Positions 27,475 through 37,769 of a stretch of 64,000 nucleotides of DNA are shown piece by piece. Numbering within the stretch: the stretch's first letter is position 1; the number at the start of each line of letters is the position of its first letter. Origin of the DNA: Enterobacter phage EspM4VN; the sequence record LC373201.2; one strand, written 5' to 3'. The position numbers were made by a program, and so were the translations under genes. The notes under the pieces were generated by a model, which ran no database searches, was not told where the DNA came from, and saw only the letters and a program-made list of their open reading frames with translations.

Positions 27475-29192
27475 GTGACAGCATTCAATCAATATACCAA
27501 GGCGCTTGATGGCGTCGGACCAGTCAGCATAGACCGCATCAAGTCTCTTGCCGCTGAGTTCTTCCCATACGACACCGCCAACCCAGGACAGATGGAATGC
27601 ATCGTTGAAGCCGTGGACGCCCTTTTGAACAAGAAGGTCAAACACGTGATCATCGAGGCTCCGACTGGTGTGGGTAAATCCTCATCGGCACTACCATTCA
27701 TAATGTGCTTCGCCATCTGGTTCTTGAGCGCAATCCGTATGGCCAGTTCCGCACGTCTATCACGACGCCGACCAAAGGTCTGCAGGATCAGTATGCGGCG
27801 GAGAAAGCCGTGGCGATAGACATCCTGAAGGGCAAGAAGAACTATCGTTGCCATATCAGCCCTGACCTGTACTACAACGCCATCCAGTGCCGTATGGCAT
27901 GCCGTGACGGCCACTGTAACAAGAATCGTTGCCCATATGTTCAGGCTCGTCGCCTGTGGACGGATATCTCTTCCCTGCGCTGCACCAACGCCGCCATGAT
28001 GGTGGAGATGTGTACGACGATCTGTATGAAGCCCGAAAACCGCGCCGATATGCTGATCCTTGACGAGTGCCATAAAATGCCCTCTACGCTCCTAGAGCAC
28101 ACGATCATGGAATACAGTATAAATGCTGTAAGGGGGTTGCTTACAATCCCCGAGGGAGTGCCTATCGTGGAGACCATCACGGATATCGTCAGGCGCACAG
28201 AAAACTATGAGCTGGGCAAGCTGTACTCGCTGACAGGTGAGATGCATGCGATATTTGACGACCTGCATGAAAAGGTTGAATCCCTGTTGGAAACTCTTGA
28301 GGAACTGGTAGAAGACGAGCGCCTGACGGAAGCCCAGGTGATGAAGCTGTCTGACATCATTGATACTCTTCACAACCTCAGCGACTACTGCGGCATCATG
28401 GGGCAAACCAACGCCAGCACCTTCATCGTACAGGAGAAAGACAAGGGCATGATTCAGTTCAAGCCTGTCATCGCCTCTGACGTGTCCCAGTTCGGCCTGT
28501 TCCGCAAAGGCGACTATCATGTTCATATGTCGGCAACGATCTGTGGGATTGAGTCCTATGCTCGTTCCCTGGGCATCCGTGAGGGTGAGTACCACAAGAT
28601 TCAAATCGGCAACCCAATCCCGATAGAGAACCGGAAGGTCAACTACATGCCCATCATGAAGATGACAGCGAACATGGGTGACTACGAGATGAAGAAGCTG
28701 GCCGAATACGTGGATGAGATCATCGCATTCCATCCTGGTCAGTCTGGCATCATTCACACAGTCAGCTACGACCGCGCCCTGGCTCTACAGAAGTTCAGCA
28801 AGTACAGGAATATGATTCACGTTCCTCGTACTCGTAAGGCTCTGATGGATATCATGGAACAAGCGTTCAGGACGAAGACGCCTTGTGTCATCGCCAGTCC
28901 GGCTATGGAGGAGGGGTATGACTTCAAAGGCGATTACAGTCGCTTCCAGATCCTGATCAAGGTTCCATACGATTACCTTGGTGATCCTCTGGTGGCTCAC
29001 GTTAACAGTGTGGACCCATCGGCGTACTTCAGGATGGCGGTACTGCGTATCGTTCAGATGTGTGGGCGTTCGGTCAGGGGCGTGAATGACTGGGCTGCGA
29101 CATACATCCTTGATTCTTCTTTTGAATCACTGATGATGCGCAACCCAGAGTTCTTCCCCGCTTGGTTCACTGATGCCGTGTTCGAGGTTTAG
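27475..29192 (+). CDS. DinG/XPD (Rad3)-like Fe-S helicase, interrupted by a frameshift near 27690-27710 (track ORFs 27475..27819 in frame 1 and 27705..29192 in frame 3)
   Basis: Motif I is IIEAPTGVGKSS (frame 1). Then come motif Ia ITTPTKGLQDQY, the Fe-S Cys cluster CRMACRDGHCNKNRCPY and the DEAH-type box LILDECHK (frame 3). Adding one A to ataat gives ...ALPFINVLRHL... and restores the frame. Confidence 0.7.
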
Positions 29193-29956
29193 TAACCAGC
29201 AACGAACGACAGATGGCACTTGACGTTCGGTTCCAGTGATGTCACAGAAACCGTCATACTGTCCGTATCTTGGCTGAAGTTAATCTCGGCGAGTGGTTTG
29301 GTCTGCACATGGTTGTACGTGCTGTAGAACAGATCCTCGCCGCGATACCCGACTTTTCCGTCGGTGTCCTGCCAATGGCCCAGTGTCTCATCGTAGACAT
29401 GCACTCGGAACTCAATCATATGGAAGAGCGCCTTGGGGATGTCCTTGAGTACGCTGGTGCCAATCACAGGCATCTCAATGGAAGAGTCATTGGAGTTCCC
29501 TTCATAGACCGAAGCCCATGCAAAGGTGGGATCTCCCCCAGCAACAGGGGTTCGCTTCCAGTATTGGAACTCAGGGTTGCCTGAAGTGTTCTTCTGAAGT
29601 AGAATGACCTCGCCACCTGTGAAGTTCGTGGTGTCAATGTCATCTCGCTCAAGTTCATCGGCCGGAGATCCAATAAATTTCCAGCCTTCGCGATCCAGAA
29701 GAGACTTATAATAGTCGGTGAACACGTTGCTGTCTTCTGCGGCGTTGATGGCGTCTTTGAGGCCTTCGCCAGTCACCATCTCGTTGAGACGGAGCCACAT
29801 GTCTTTGACGGCGGACGCAGCTGCGACCTGCCCAACAGTCCCACCTGCAGTGTAATCATAGACGATATCAGTCAGCTTGATAGCGTCATTGATAGACAAG
29901 AGCAGTTGCTCAATCTGCGGTGCGGTGAGACTGAAACGATATGCGCGGGGTGCCAT
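29189..29956 (-). CDS. hypothetical protein (~255 aa), possibly structural
   Basis: Minus-strand ORF. The internal start MAPRAYRF has an AGAGGAA RBS. The track ORF runs further upstream and overlaps the divergent rnhA. Confidence 0.5.
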   Translation of the reverse strand: MAPRAYRFSLTAPQIEQLLLSINDAIKLTDIVYDYTAGGTVGQVAAASAVKDMWLRLNEMVTGEGLKDAINAAEDSNVFTDYYKSLLDREGWKFIGSPADELERDDIDTTNFTGGEVILLQKNTSGNPEFQYWKRTPVAGGDPTFAWASVYEGNSNDSSIEMPVIGTSVLKDIPKALFHMIEFRVHVYDETLGHWQDTDGKVGYRGEDLFYSTYNHVQTKPLAEINFSQDTDSMTVSVTSLEPNVKCHLSFVAGY

Positions 29957-30000
29957 AGTTTCATTCCTCTTTCTATAAAACCAGTTTGGGATATTTATAT

Positions 30001-30529
30001 CATGATAGAAATTTATTCTGACGGGGGTTCTAACCCGAAGACCAACCAGGCCGCAGGCTGGGCATTTGCCATTAAGCCGATGTCGGGTATGCAATGGAAG
30101 GTATTCTTCGGTCACCTGCCTCCTCCGTCCACAAACAACATCGCCGAATTGTTAGGTGTCACCAATGCATTGAAGCTGCTGTGGGCATTCTCTGGAAAGG
30201 GTGAGCGCAGCATACCGGACGTCCGCATCTGGTCCGATAGCCAATACACCATCAAGAGCGTCACTGAATGGCGAGCGAAGTGGGAGTATCAGGGCTTCCC
30301 AGACAAGAACGTTGATCTCATCAAAGATCTGTTCAGAATCTATGATCTCGTTTGTTCAATTTGTGAAGTTGAACTAAAATGGGTTAAAGGTCATGCGGGT
30401 GTTGAAGGTAACGAAATCGCTGACACTTGGGCCACCGCCGCCAAGAACGACAGCAACTTCCTGATAGAGAATGAAAGGATCTCTGTGAAGAAAGTTGTTG
30501 GATCTTTTGATGAATTTATCGGTATCTGA
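30001..30529 (+). CDS. rnhA: ribonuclease HI (RnhA family)
   Basis: IEIYSDGGS...WVKGHAGVEGNEIADTWATAA matches the RNase H1 catalytic core (DGS...VKGHAG..NE.AD.LA). The start MIEIY lies within track ORF 29906..30529. Confidence 0.8.
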
Positions 30530-30540
30530 GGGTTCCCACA

Positions 30541-31332
30541 ATGGGTATGAATTATGTTGATCGTGGCGAGAATGTCGTCAAATATTTCACGGACGAAGAT
30601 AACGAGCGTGTCATCAGTATCCTTCGTGATTGGATCCCCGCTCGCAAGAAAGCACTTGCCGAGGGCACCAGGCTTCCAAAGATCCCCAACTATGTTGCTC
30701 TGCAGGTCCAGCGCATCATCACCAAGATGAGCACCCGCTACAACTATCGTGATTATCCCTTCCGCGAAGACATGGTCTCCGAAGCAATCGTCAACATCCT
30801 GCGTTACCTCCACACTTTCGACGTCGGCCACATTGGAAAGAAAGGGAAGATCAACTTCTTCTCTTGGGTGACCATGTGCGCTGATCGATCATTCGCCCGT
30901 AAGCTGAACATCGAAGAAGAGCACACGTACATCAAATTGCGCTCCTTTGAAGAGGCGGGTGGGTTCGCAGGCCTGGCCGACGACCCCGACTTCCAACAAG
31001 AAACCTTCGTCGATGCCACAGGGATTGGTATGGACTTCCGTGAACGCATCGGCAACTTTGAGAACAAGAAGGACGCTCAAAGACAGAAGGAAAGGGAGAA
31101 GGTGGAGACAGCCCGCGCCGCCGAATCGAACAAAAAGATTGCGAAAGGCATACTTCAATACATGTCCCAGGGTAAGAATACCCCAACAGCACAGGCCGAA
31201 GACGATTCAGATCAGGACTTTGGCAAAACCCAATTCAATCTGGAAGATGACATCTGTGCGATGGAACCAGATTGGGAAGCCCTCAAACAAAGATCAGAAG
31301 AACGGGAGAAAAATAATAATGGCGATTGCTAA
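30541..31332 (+). CDS. 55: late-transcription sigma factor (T4 gp55-like)
   Basis: YVALQVQRIITKMSTRYNYRDYPFREDMVSEAIVNILRYLHTFD parallels T4 gp55 [44 protein letters not shown]. Order is 55-47-46 as in T4. Confidence 0.6.
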   Translation: MGMNYVDRGENVVKYFTDEDNERVISILRDWIPARKKALAEGTRLPKIPNYVALQVQRIITKMSTRYNYRDYPFREDMVSEAIVNILRYLHTFDVGHIGKKGKINFFSWVTMCADRSFARKLNIEEEHTYIKLRSFEEAGGFAGLADDPDFQQETFVDATGIGMDFRERIGNFENKKDAQRQKEREKVETARAAESNKKIAKGILQYMSQGKNTPTAQAEDDSDQDFGKTQFNLEDDICAMEPDWEALKQRSEEREKNNNGDC

Positions 31333-32434
31333 AATAGGCGATCTGCATATCGGGAGCCGTAATGGTTCCCGTTACGTTCGCGACTTCATCAAGAACTATC
31401 TCATCAATTACTTCATTCCCGAGCTGGTAGACTCTGACATCAAAGAGGTCTGGCAGTTTGGCGATACTTTTGATGTCCGCAAATTCATGTACGGGCGTGA
31501 CAAAGACTGGCTGAAGGATGAGTTCACTCCTGCGCTGAAAGCCGCTGGTATCAAGTGGAATGGCATTGTAGGCAACCATGACATCACCCTAGAAGAGTCC
31601 AACCGCATCAACTGGCCATCCTACCTGAACGAGCTGGACCCCGATGTGTTCTGCTACTACAGCGAACCGACCGAAGTGATGATCGAGGGCGTGAAGACTC
31701 TGCTGCTGCCTTGGATCAACAAGGAGAACTATGATGCGTCTATTAAAGCGATACAAGATACAGACGCCGAATACTGTTTTGCGCATCTGGAGCTGGCAGG
31801 GTTCAAAATGTACCAGTCTTCTACTTGTGATCACGGTCAGATCGACGTTGCGTTGCTTTCCAAGTTTACCAGGGTCGACACGGGGCATTTCCATACCCGT
31901 TCGATGGAAGGTAACATTCAATATATTGGGACTCCGTATCACCTGAACTGGGAAGACTACAAAGACGGCACCAACCGTGGCTTCTATGTAGACGACATGC
32001 GCGGCGGCGAAGTGTTCATCCCGAACGCCGAGCACCAGACGCTGTTCCGCTATGTGGAATATGATTACACCAAGCTATCTTCAGACAGTGAAGGCAACTG
32101 GATCGACCCAGATTGGCTGAACACAGGTTTGGGTATTGAAGGGCAAATCGTTAAGGTAATCGTACAGAACCGTGACAATGCCAAGCATTATGAAAAGTTC
32201 TGTGATGCCATGAAGCGCTGCAAGTGTATCGACTACAACTTCATCGACCGGACGATTACTGTTGCTGCTGAGAAGGTTGAGGTCACCGAAGAGATGGTGG
32301 CAACCGATGCAGTGGAAGTCCTGAAGAAGGATATCCGCGCTGGCAACAACATCCAACGGCCTGAGAACGTCTGCAAGTTGGCAGAGCACTTCTACAACGC
32401 CGCCCAACAACGCCTGAACAAACTGGACGCATAA
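31319..32434 (+). CDS. 47: recombination endonuclease subunit gp47 (Mre11/SbcD-like)
   Basis: MAIAKIGDLHIGSRNGSR...VWQFGDTFDVRKFMYGRD...GIVGNHD has the phosphoesterase motifs (GDLH, GDTFD, GNHD) and aligns with the T4 gp47 N-terminus. Confidence 0.8.
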   Translation: MAIAKIGDLHIGSRNGSRYVRDFIKNYLINYFIPELVDSDIKEVWQFGDTFDVRKFMYGRDKDWLKDEFTPALKAAGIKWNGIVGNHDITLEESNRINWPSYLNELDPDVFCYYSEPTEVMIEGVKTLLLPWINKENYDASIKAIQDTDAEYCFAHLELAGFKMYQSSTCDHGQIDVALLSKFTRVDTGHFHTRSMEGNIQYIGTPYHLNWEDYKDGTNRGFYVDDMRGGEVFIPNAEHQTLFRYVEYDYTKLSSDSEGNWIDPDWLNTGLGIEGQIVKVIVQNRDNAKHYEKFCDAMKRCKCIDYNFIDRTITVAAEKVEVTEEMVATDAVEVLKKDIRAGNNIQRPENVCKLAEHFYNAAQQRLNKLDA

Positions 32435-32436
32435 CC

Positions 32437-34773
32437 ATGACCCAAAGTACAGATATCCTGTCCAAGTTTGGCGCTCTCCTGCAGGAAGCCGATGCTCCTG
32501 TTCAGGTTGACGTGCCATTCGAAGTGCGTGACAACATCACGCACAAGCTGACCTTCCACAAAGGCCGCGCCAAGAACTTCCGTTCCATCGGCAATCAGTT
32601 CATGGAGATCGATTATCAGCGAAACCCGGCCACGCTCGTCACCTCCGACGATAACGGCGCGGGTAAGTCCACTATGTTGGTATGGCTCCTGTTCTTCGTA
32701 TTGTACAACGACACGTACAGTAAGAAGGAGAAGAAGGCAGGCCTGGTGAACTCACAAAGCCGTAAGGAATGTGTGGGTGAGGTCGAATTCTCATGCCGTG
32801 GGAGCGAATGGAAGGTGCGCCGTGGCATCAAGCCTGACTTTGTTGAAGTCTACCAGATGGTGGACGGCAAGTGGATGCAGATCGATAACGAAGCAGCCAA
32901 AGCCGACATGAACAAGTACATCGTGAACCTCATCGGCGTGGACCAGAAGATGTTTGAGAACTCTCTGGTGCTGGGCAAAGAGAAGTTCATTCCGTTCACG
33001 GAGATGTACACCGCCGACCGCCGCGCTATGGTAGAGACGATCTGGGACTTGGGATTCTTCAGCCTGATGAACGAAGATGTCAAGGCTTCCATCAAGAACG
33101 CCAACGCCGTACTGGACAGCATCTCTACTGAGTGTGCACTGAAGGTCGTTGACCATACCAACAAGAAGACGCAGCTGCAGCAGATCGAGCAATCCAACGC
33201 CCTGATACAGCAACAGTCAGCCGATATTCTTTTACAGCAACAGGAAGCCCTGACGTCCCTGAACGCTGACATCGCTACCCAGAACGAAGAGCGCACCCGC
33301 CTCGCTGGCGTGGAGTTCGACGCCACCCAGGAAATGAAGACGGTAGAAAGCCGCCTGCATGATGAATCCATGGTAGAGATCGAGGCGATCAAGAAAGATT
33401 TTGAAGCCCGAATCCAGTCTGTGAAAGACGCCGCGCAGGACAAGGCTGACGATTATGAGCGCATCGAAGTGTCTACTGCGGAGCATGATCTCCAAGTCTT
33501 GCGTGACCGCGCCTATACCGTGTCTGAAAGCAAGATGACATTAGTCAACGAGCGCAATGCAAACATGGACGCTCTGAACGCTGCTATCCAGCGCCGCCAA
33601 CAGGGTGAAAACTTCCGTATCAAGTTCCAGACCGAAATGGACGGACATCAGTCGGCGATTAAGCGCTTCCATGACATGGGGACTTGCCCTACGTGCACCC
33701 AACTGGTCTCCGATGATACCAAGGCGCGTATTGAAAGCGAGTACAATCCTCAGATTCAGGATCTACAGGCGAAACTGGATCAGCTGGATAAAGTCACCAC
33801 CGAAGTCACTGCGCTGATTGATGACCACAAGGCTCAGGACGACAAGCTGGTTGCTGATATTGCTGTGATCGATGCTGAACTGGATGCAATGCGCAAGCAG
33901 GCTGACGAAATCGTTGACAACATCAAGCAGTTGCGCCGTGATATTCAAGGGTTCCATGATGCCGCCACGATTGAGTGTAACTCTCTGAACCGTGAATGCC
34001 AACAGAAGATCCTTGACATCCGCAAGGCGTTGAACGTTCGTTTTGAAGACATCACTGCGTCTCTGCAACAGACGCGAGAGAATGCCGTCAGCGGGATTAA
34101 AGTCGTTGATGATAAGATCGCCGAGCTGAAAGCCCGTCGTGCTCCCCTCGTGGCGTCTATTGCCGATCTGGAGCGCAAACTGGCTGTACAGCCGACGCCT
34201 ACAGCCGATCTAGAGAACGCTATCTCTTCCATTGAGAGTGAACTGGAGGATCTATACCAGCGCCGCGAAGATGCCGATCAGGAACTCCAGGATCTACAGC
34301 ACCTGTTATTCTTCCTGAAGGATGACCAGACCAAGGCGCGCATCATCGCCCTGTACCTGCCATTCCTCAATAGCAAGATCAATGAGTATCTTGAAGCCCT
34401 CAACATGTTCTTGGACATCGTTGTTGACGATACCTTTGAGATCACGATGAGCGCAGCAGGCCGCAAGGGGCAGAGCATCTTCTCCCTGTCTACTGGCCAG
34501 CGCAGTCGTCTGAACCTGGCTGTGACACTAGCTCTGCGCGACGTGGCTAACCTCAAGGCATCAGTGCAATGTAACCTGTTTGTCCTGGATGAAATCCTTG
34601 AGAACATGAGCGAGCGCGGGGTGCAGGAATCGGTTGAGATGCTGAAGCATAAGTTCGGCGGGAACAACCTGTTTGTCATCAGCCAGCGTGAGCAGGAGTT
34701 CCAAGAGTACTTCCCTCACAACATCCGCTATGGCCTGCGCAACGGCCTGACCGAAGTTATCAAGAAGGATTGA
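32437..34773 (+). CDS. 46: recombination ATPase gp46 (Rad50/SbcC-like)
   Basis: Walker A is NGAGKSTML. A long coiled coil carries a CPTC zinc hook (GTCPTCTQ). The C-terminus has the signature and D-loop (LSTGQRSRLNLA, LFVLDEILE). Confidence 0.85.
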   Translation: MTQSTDILSKFGALLQEADAPVQVDVPFEVRDNITHKLTFHKGRAKNFRSIGNQFMEIDYQRNPATLVTSDDNGAGKSTMLVWLLFFVLYNDTYSKKEKKAGLVNSQSRKECVGEVEFSCRGSEWKVRRGIKPDFVEVYQMVDGKWMQIDNEAAKADMNKYIVNLIGVDQKMFENSLVLGKEKFIPFTEMYTADRRAMVETIWDLGFFSLMNEDVKASIKNANAVLDSISTECALKVVDHTNKKTQLQQIEQSNALIQQQSADILLQQQEALTSLNADIATQNEERTRLAGVEFDATQEMKTVESRLHDESMVEIEAIKKDFEARIQSVKDAAQDKADDYERIEVSTAEHDLQVLRDRAYTVSESKMTLVNERNANMDALNAAIQRRQQGENFRIKFQTEMDGHQSAIKRFHDMGTCPTCTQLVSDDTKARIESEYNPQIQDLQAKLDQLDKVTTEVTALIDDHKAQDDKLVADIAVIDAELDAMRKQADEIVDNIKQLRRDIQGFHDAATIECNSLNRECQQKILDIRKALNVRFEDITASLQQTRENAVSGIKVVDDKIAELKARRAPLVASIADLERKLAVQPTPTADLENAISSIESELEDLYQRREDADQELQDLQHLLFFLKDDQTKARIIALYLPFLNSKINEYLEALNMFLDIVVDDTFEITMSAAGRKGQSIFSLSTGQRSRLNLAVTLALRDVANLKASVQCNLFVLDEILENMSERGVQESVEMLKHKFGGNNLFVISQREQEFQEYFPHNIRYGLRNGLTEVIKKD

Positions 34774-34775
34774 TC

Positions 34776-34940
34776 ATGAACTACGAACAAATTAAACTGG
34801 CTATTCTGATCTTTGCATGCATCATTGACATCATTGCATTTTCTCGTGAAACCGAAAGGAAAAACTACCTGAAAGCACTGGGGTATCTCGGGCTTTCTGT
34901 CTGGTTCTGTTATCTACTTGCAGGTCAAATCCTGAAATGA
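34776..34940 (+). CDS. small membrane protein (~54 aa)
   Basis: Hand-found ORF (MNYEQIKLAILIFACIIDIIAF...). Both ends overlap neighbouring genes. Confidence 0.3.
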   Translation: MNYEQIKLAILIFACIIDIIAFSRETERKNYLKALGYLGLSVWFCYLLAGQILK

Positions 34941-35266
34941 AAGTCGTCCACTTCAAGAAGGAGCCATACGACGTCTACATTGGTCGGCCTGGTAAATGGG
35001 GAAACCCGTTCGAGGTCAAAGACCATGGACGAGGCGTCTGCATCGAACTGTTTGAGGACGACCTGTATGTGCGCCTGATTGAAGGGGATATCACTGAGGA
35101 TGAACTCCTTGAGCTTGACGGGAAGGTGCTGGGGTGCTGGTGTAAGCCGCGCCCCTGCCACGGAGATGTTTACGTCAAAGTCATTGGTCGTATTAAACTA
35201 TTCCGCAAGCTGGGTAAATCCTTTACTGAACACCTGAGACAAACATATGTCAGAATCAAAAGATGA
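34937..35266 (+). CDS. DUF4326-like small protein (CWCKPRPCHGD motif)
   Basis: KVVHFKKEPYDVYIGRPGKWGNPF...GCWCKPRPCHGDVY is typical of the phage/bacterial DUF4326 family. Confidence 0.5.
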   Translation: MKVVHFKKEPYDVYIGRPGKWGNPFEVKDHGRGVCIELFEDDLYVRLIEGDITEDELLELDGKVLGCWCKPRPCHGDVYVKVIGRIKLFRKLGKSFTEHLRQTYVRIKR

Positions 35267-35531
35267 AATCCAAGACTCCTGTGCCATTGCGGTTGAAACC
35301 TGGAACCGCAGGAATCCTCATTACCAGGTGACTGTCACACCAAATCGCTACCTCGAGCAGGGCGGCCTGATTGTTGTTGATGCTGTGCTTGCGTTCAACA
35401 AGTACACTGACATGCAGATCTTGGACGGCAACTTCACTGTCGCGACCAAGACAGCTTGGGATGATCCCATGGAGTTCGTCTACGGCTGGCTAGAGTGCAT
35501 CGAGGAATCCTACCACCTCATCTATGAATGA
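35247..35531 (+). CDS. hypothetical protein (94 aa)
   Basis: ORF overlapping the upstream gene by 20 nt. Confidence 0.45.
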   Translation: MSESKDEIQDSCAIAVETWNRRNPHYQVTVTPNRYLEQGGLIVVDAVLAFNKYTDMQILDGNFTVATKTAWDDPMEFVYGWLECIEESYHLIYE

Positions 35532-35630
35532 GGCTAAAGGGCACTAAATACTACGTGCCCTTTATCTTTCAACCCCTGTCAGGAGGCTCAATCGAGCTGC
35601 AAGTCGACAAACCACATAAGGAACGCCATC

Positions 35631-36245
35631 ATGACGATGACAACGTTGAAGGCCATGGCCTTGTCCGTGACCTTTACCATTGCCAGCGGGAATGTGCACG
35701 CTTCCCAAAATACAAGTCAATGTGTTTATGATTTCTCTGAGCAACAACTTAATACGCTGGCAACTGCCTATCACATAGGCAAGACACAAGACCTTGGTTA
35801 CACTCTGGCCGCCATATCCTGGCGAGAGAGTCGCGCTGGTGAAGATGTAGTGTCAATGCGATACGGCCTCAAGGCGGCCAACATGGGAGCCTTTCAGAAC
35901 AAGGTGAAGACAGTTGGTGATCGCGAAGGTTGTAAGAATCGCAAGTGCTATGCCAATGTCGCCATCAAGTTGCTGACCGACCAAGAATATGCCGCGCAAG
36001 CCGCCCTCGATGAGATGCAGTTCTGGCTGACCTATCACAAGCAGAATGTACGCAAATCCCTCTCCTCTTACAATGCTGGCTTCGCCCGTAATCCCGCATC
36101 GAACGCCTATGCTGCCGACGTCGTGAAGAAAGCTAAATATCTTCAGAAATGTGTATCCTTCAAAGGCCGGACCATCTCCGAGGTAGATCCTCAGGTGATC
36201 GCCATGAACAAGCGCACAATAGAGAAACTGAAGAGGACAAGATAA
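35631..36245 (+). CDS. secreted lytic-transglycosylase-like (SLT) protein
   Basis: Signal peptide MTMTTLKAMALSVTFTIASGNVHA. AAISWRESRAGEDVVS fits the SLT E-S catalytic motif. Confidence 0.45.
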   Translation: MTMTTLKAMALSVTFTIASGNVHASQNTSQCVYDFSEQQLNTLATAYHIGKTQDLGYTLAAISWRESRAGEDVVSMRYGLKAANMGAFQNKVKTVGDREGCKNRKCYANVAIKLLTDQEYAAQAALDEMQFWLTYHKQNVRKSLSSYNAGFARNPASNAYAADVVKKAKYLQKCVSFKGRTISEVDPQVIAMNKRTIEKLKRTR

Positions 36246-36883
36246 TGAACATCACTCCATCCCAGACCGGATATGAACATATCTTGGTCTTCATTGCCCT
36301 ACAGGGTGCGAAGGAAGGCATCATCGTATCCGAGTACTCGGGCACAGTTCGCCTTGCTGACTACGTCGCGCCGGAGGCATTCATCAAGAAGTGCATTGAT
36401 GCATGGTGCCTCTATGCCCTCGGCACGTATCCTGCTCCTCCGGCTGGTGAGCTGTTGTTTACCGTACCGACTCCGGCTGCTGGAGATACAGACGCGATCT
36501 TTGCCGATATGCTGGCCAAGGGGTATCTGGTGTATGACATCACCCACGATGTCTATTCCTTCACCTCCCTGAACACTGTGTTTGGGTTCACCATCACATC
36601 TGAAGCCAACATTCCCGACTGGGGTATCTTGGCATGGGGTGTTGACGGCCTGGGCGCAACTTATGCATCGTCCGACGTCGGTCCCGTTCTGATTGACGAG
36701 GGTGTAACCATGGAGCAGTACCTTGCCCAGTTCCCTCAGCACAATATCACAGGCAGCGACATCATTTTGGTCCAGCCTGGCGCTATCGCTCTACCCCGTT
36801 TGGTGGATGGCTGGAAACCACAGCTGAAGGACATCATAGCAGGAATCAGATTCCACATTCCGGTTGTGAATCCGACGCCGTAA
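36245..36883 (+). CDS. hypothetical protein (~212 aa)
   Basis: ATG at 36245 lies in the frame of track ORF 36149..36883. A terminator/promoter cassette follows. Confidence 0.5.
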   Translation: MNITPSQTGYEHILVFIALQGAKEGIIVSEYSGTVRLADYVAPEAFIKKCIDAWCLYALGTYPAPPAGELLFTVPTPAAGDTDAIFADMLAKGYLVYDITHDVYSFTSLNTVFGFTITSEANIPDWGILAWGVDGLGATYASSDVGPVLIDEGVTMEQYLAQFPQHNITGSDIILVQPGAIALPRLVDGWKPQLKDIIAGIRFHIPVVNPTP

Positions 36884-36896
36884 AAATAATTCAATA

Positions 36897-36942
36897 AAAG
36901 GGGCTTTTGCCCCTTTACTTCTTCAATATCCTTCCTTATACT
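36897..36942 (+). promoter_or_regulatory. terminator hairpin (aggggc-tttt-gcccct) fused to early promoter TTTACT-N17-TATACT
   Basis: Near-identical to the cassette at 416-448, including cttcattccataagcag downstream. Confidence 0.5.
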
Positions 36943-36990
36943 TCATTCCATAAGCAGTACGACACCAACTTGAAAAGCAGGAACTATATT

Positions 36991-37362
36991 ATGAACGCAA
37001 TCGAAACAGATTTCACCAAATCAGAAATGTCTATCCTTGAATCCTTTGGCTTCGGCGTTGTAACCCTCGAAGGTCAAATCGTCGACCGTGGCTTACCGGA
37101 CAACGTTGAAATGGGTATCATGACTAATGGTGATCGCGACGCCGTGATGAAGGCAGTTCACGCAAAATTCCTGGCCGAAGGTTGGAATTTTAAGAATTCC
37201 CCCATTGACGGCAAACCAGTCAACCACATGCACCACACGATCTTCCTGAAAGACGGATTCCAGATCGGTTTCTATTCTATGGATGCCGTCGTCGAATCTG
37301 GCGCATCCCTGGTTGAGTATAAAGACCATTACCTGAGCGTTTCTAAATCCACTTGGGCTTAA
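36991..37362 (+). CDS. hypothetical protein (~123 aa)
   Basis: GGAACTATATTATG start context, downstream of the promoter at 36914-36942. Confidence 0.5.
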   Translation: MNAIETDFTKSEMSILESFGFGVVTLEGQIVDRGLPDNVEMGIMTNGDRDAVMKAVHAKFLAEGWNFKNSPIDGKPVNHMHHTIFLKDGFQIGFYSMDAVVESGASLVEYKDHYLSVSKSTWA

Positions 37363-37384
37363 TTTGAACTGAAGGAACTATATC

Positions 37385-37696
37385 ATGAAAGCTAAAATCT
37401 CTGTTTGGGCGTTCAACAATTTTACTCGTTTCGATGCCATCGCAAACGCTCTGGGTTGTGAGTCCAATCCCACGAAAACATATGACCGCGCCGACTCAGT
37501 AAAAATGGTCAACTCCAACAATGACTTCAAAATGGATTTACTGCCCTTCTTGAGCGTCATAAAAGAACGTGTTTCCGAACAAGAATTTTCTTGCCTGAAC
37601 AACACATTGTTTAAGAAGAACGGTGAAATCCGTAAATTGGAAGGCAAGGAAATCAAGTGGGCGTTTGACGACTTCTTTTTAGTTTTCAATTTCTAA
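37385..37696 (+). CDS. hypothetical protein (103 aa)
   Basis: GGAACTATATCATG start context. Confidence 0.5.
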   Translation: MKAKISVWAFNNFTRFDAIANALGCESNPTKTYDRADSVKMVNSNNDFKMDLLPFLSVIKERVSEQEFSCLNNTLFKKNGEIRKLEGKEIKWAFDDFFLVFNF

Positions 37697-37769
37697 ACCA
37701 CAACGGCTTCGGCTCCCTTTTGGTTTCGCTAATTAAGGGAAACCGCCATATTCCATCAGGAGATACAAA

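Noticed and set aside
30947-31318. An N-terminal extension making gp47 a 495-aa protein that overlaps gp55
   Set aside because: The extension reads as low-complexity sequence in the alternative frame of gp55. Homology to T4 gp47 begins exactly at MAIAKIGDLH (31319), which overlaps the gp55 stop.
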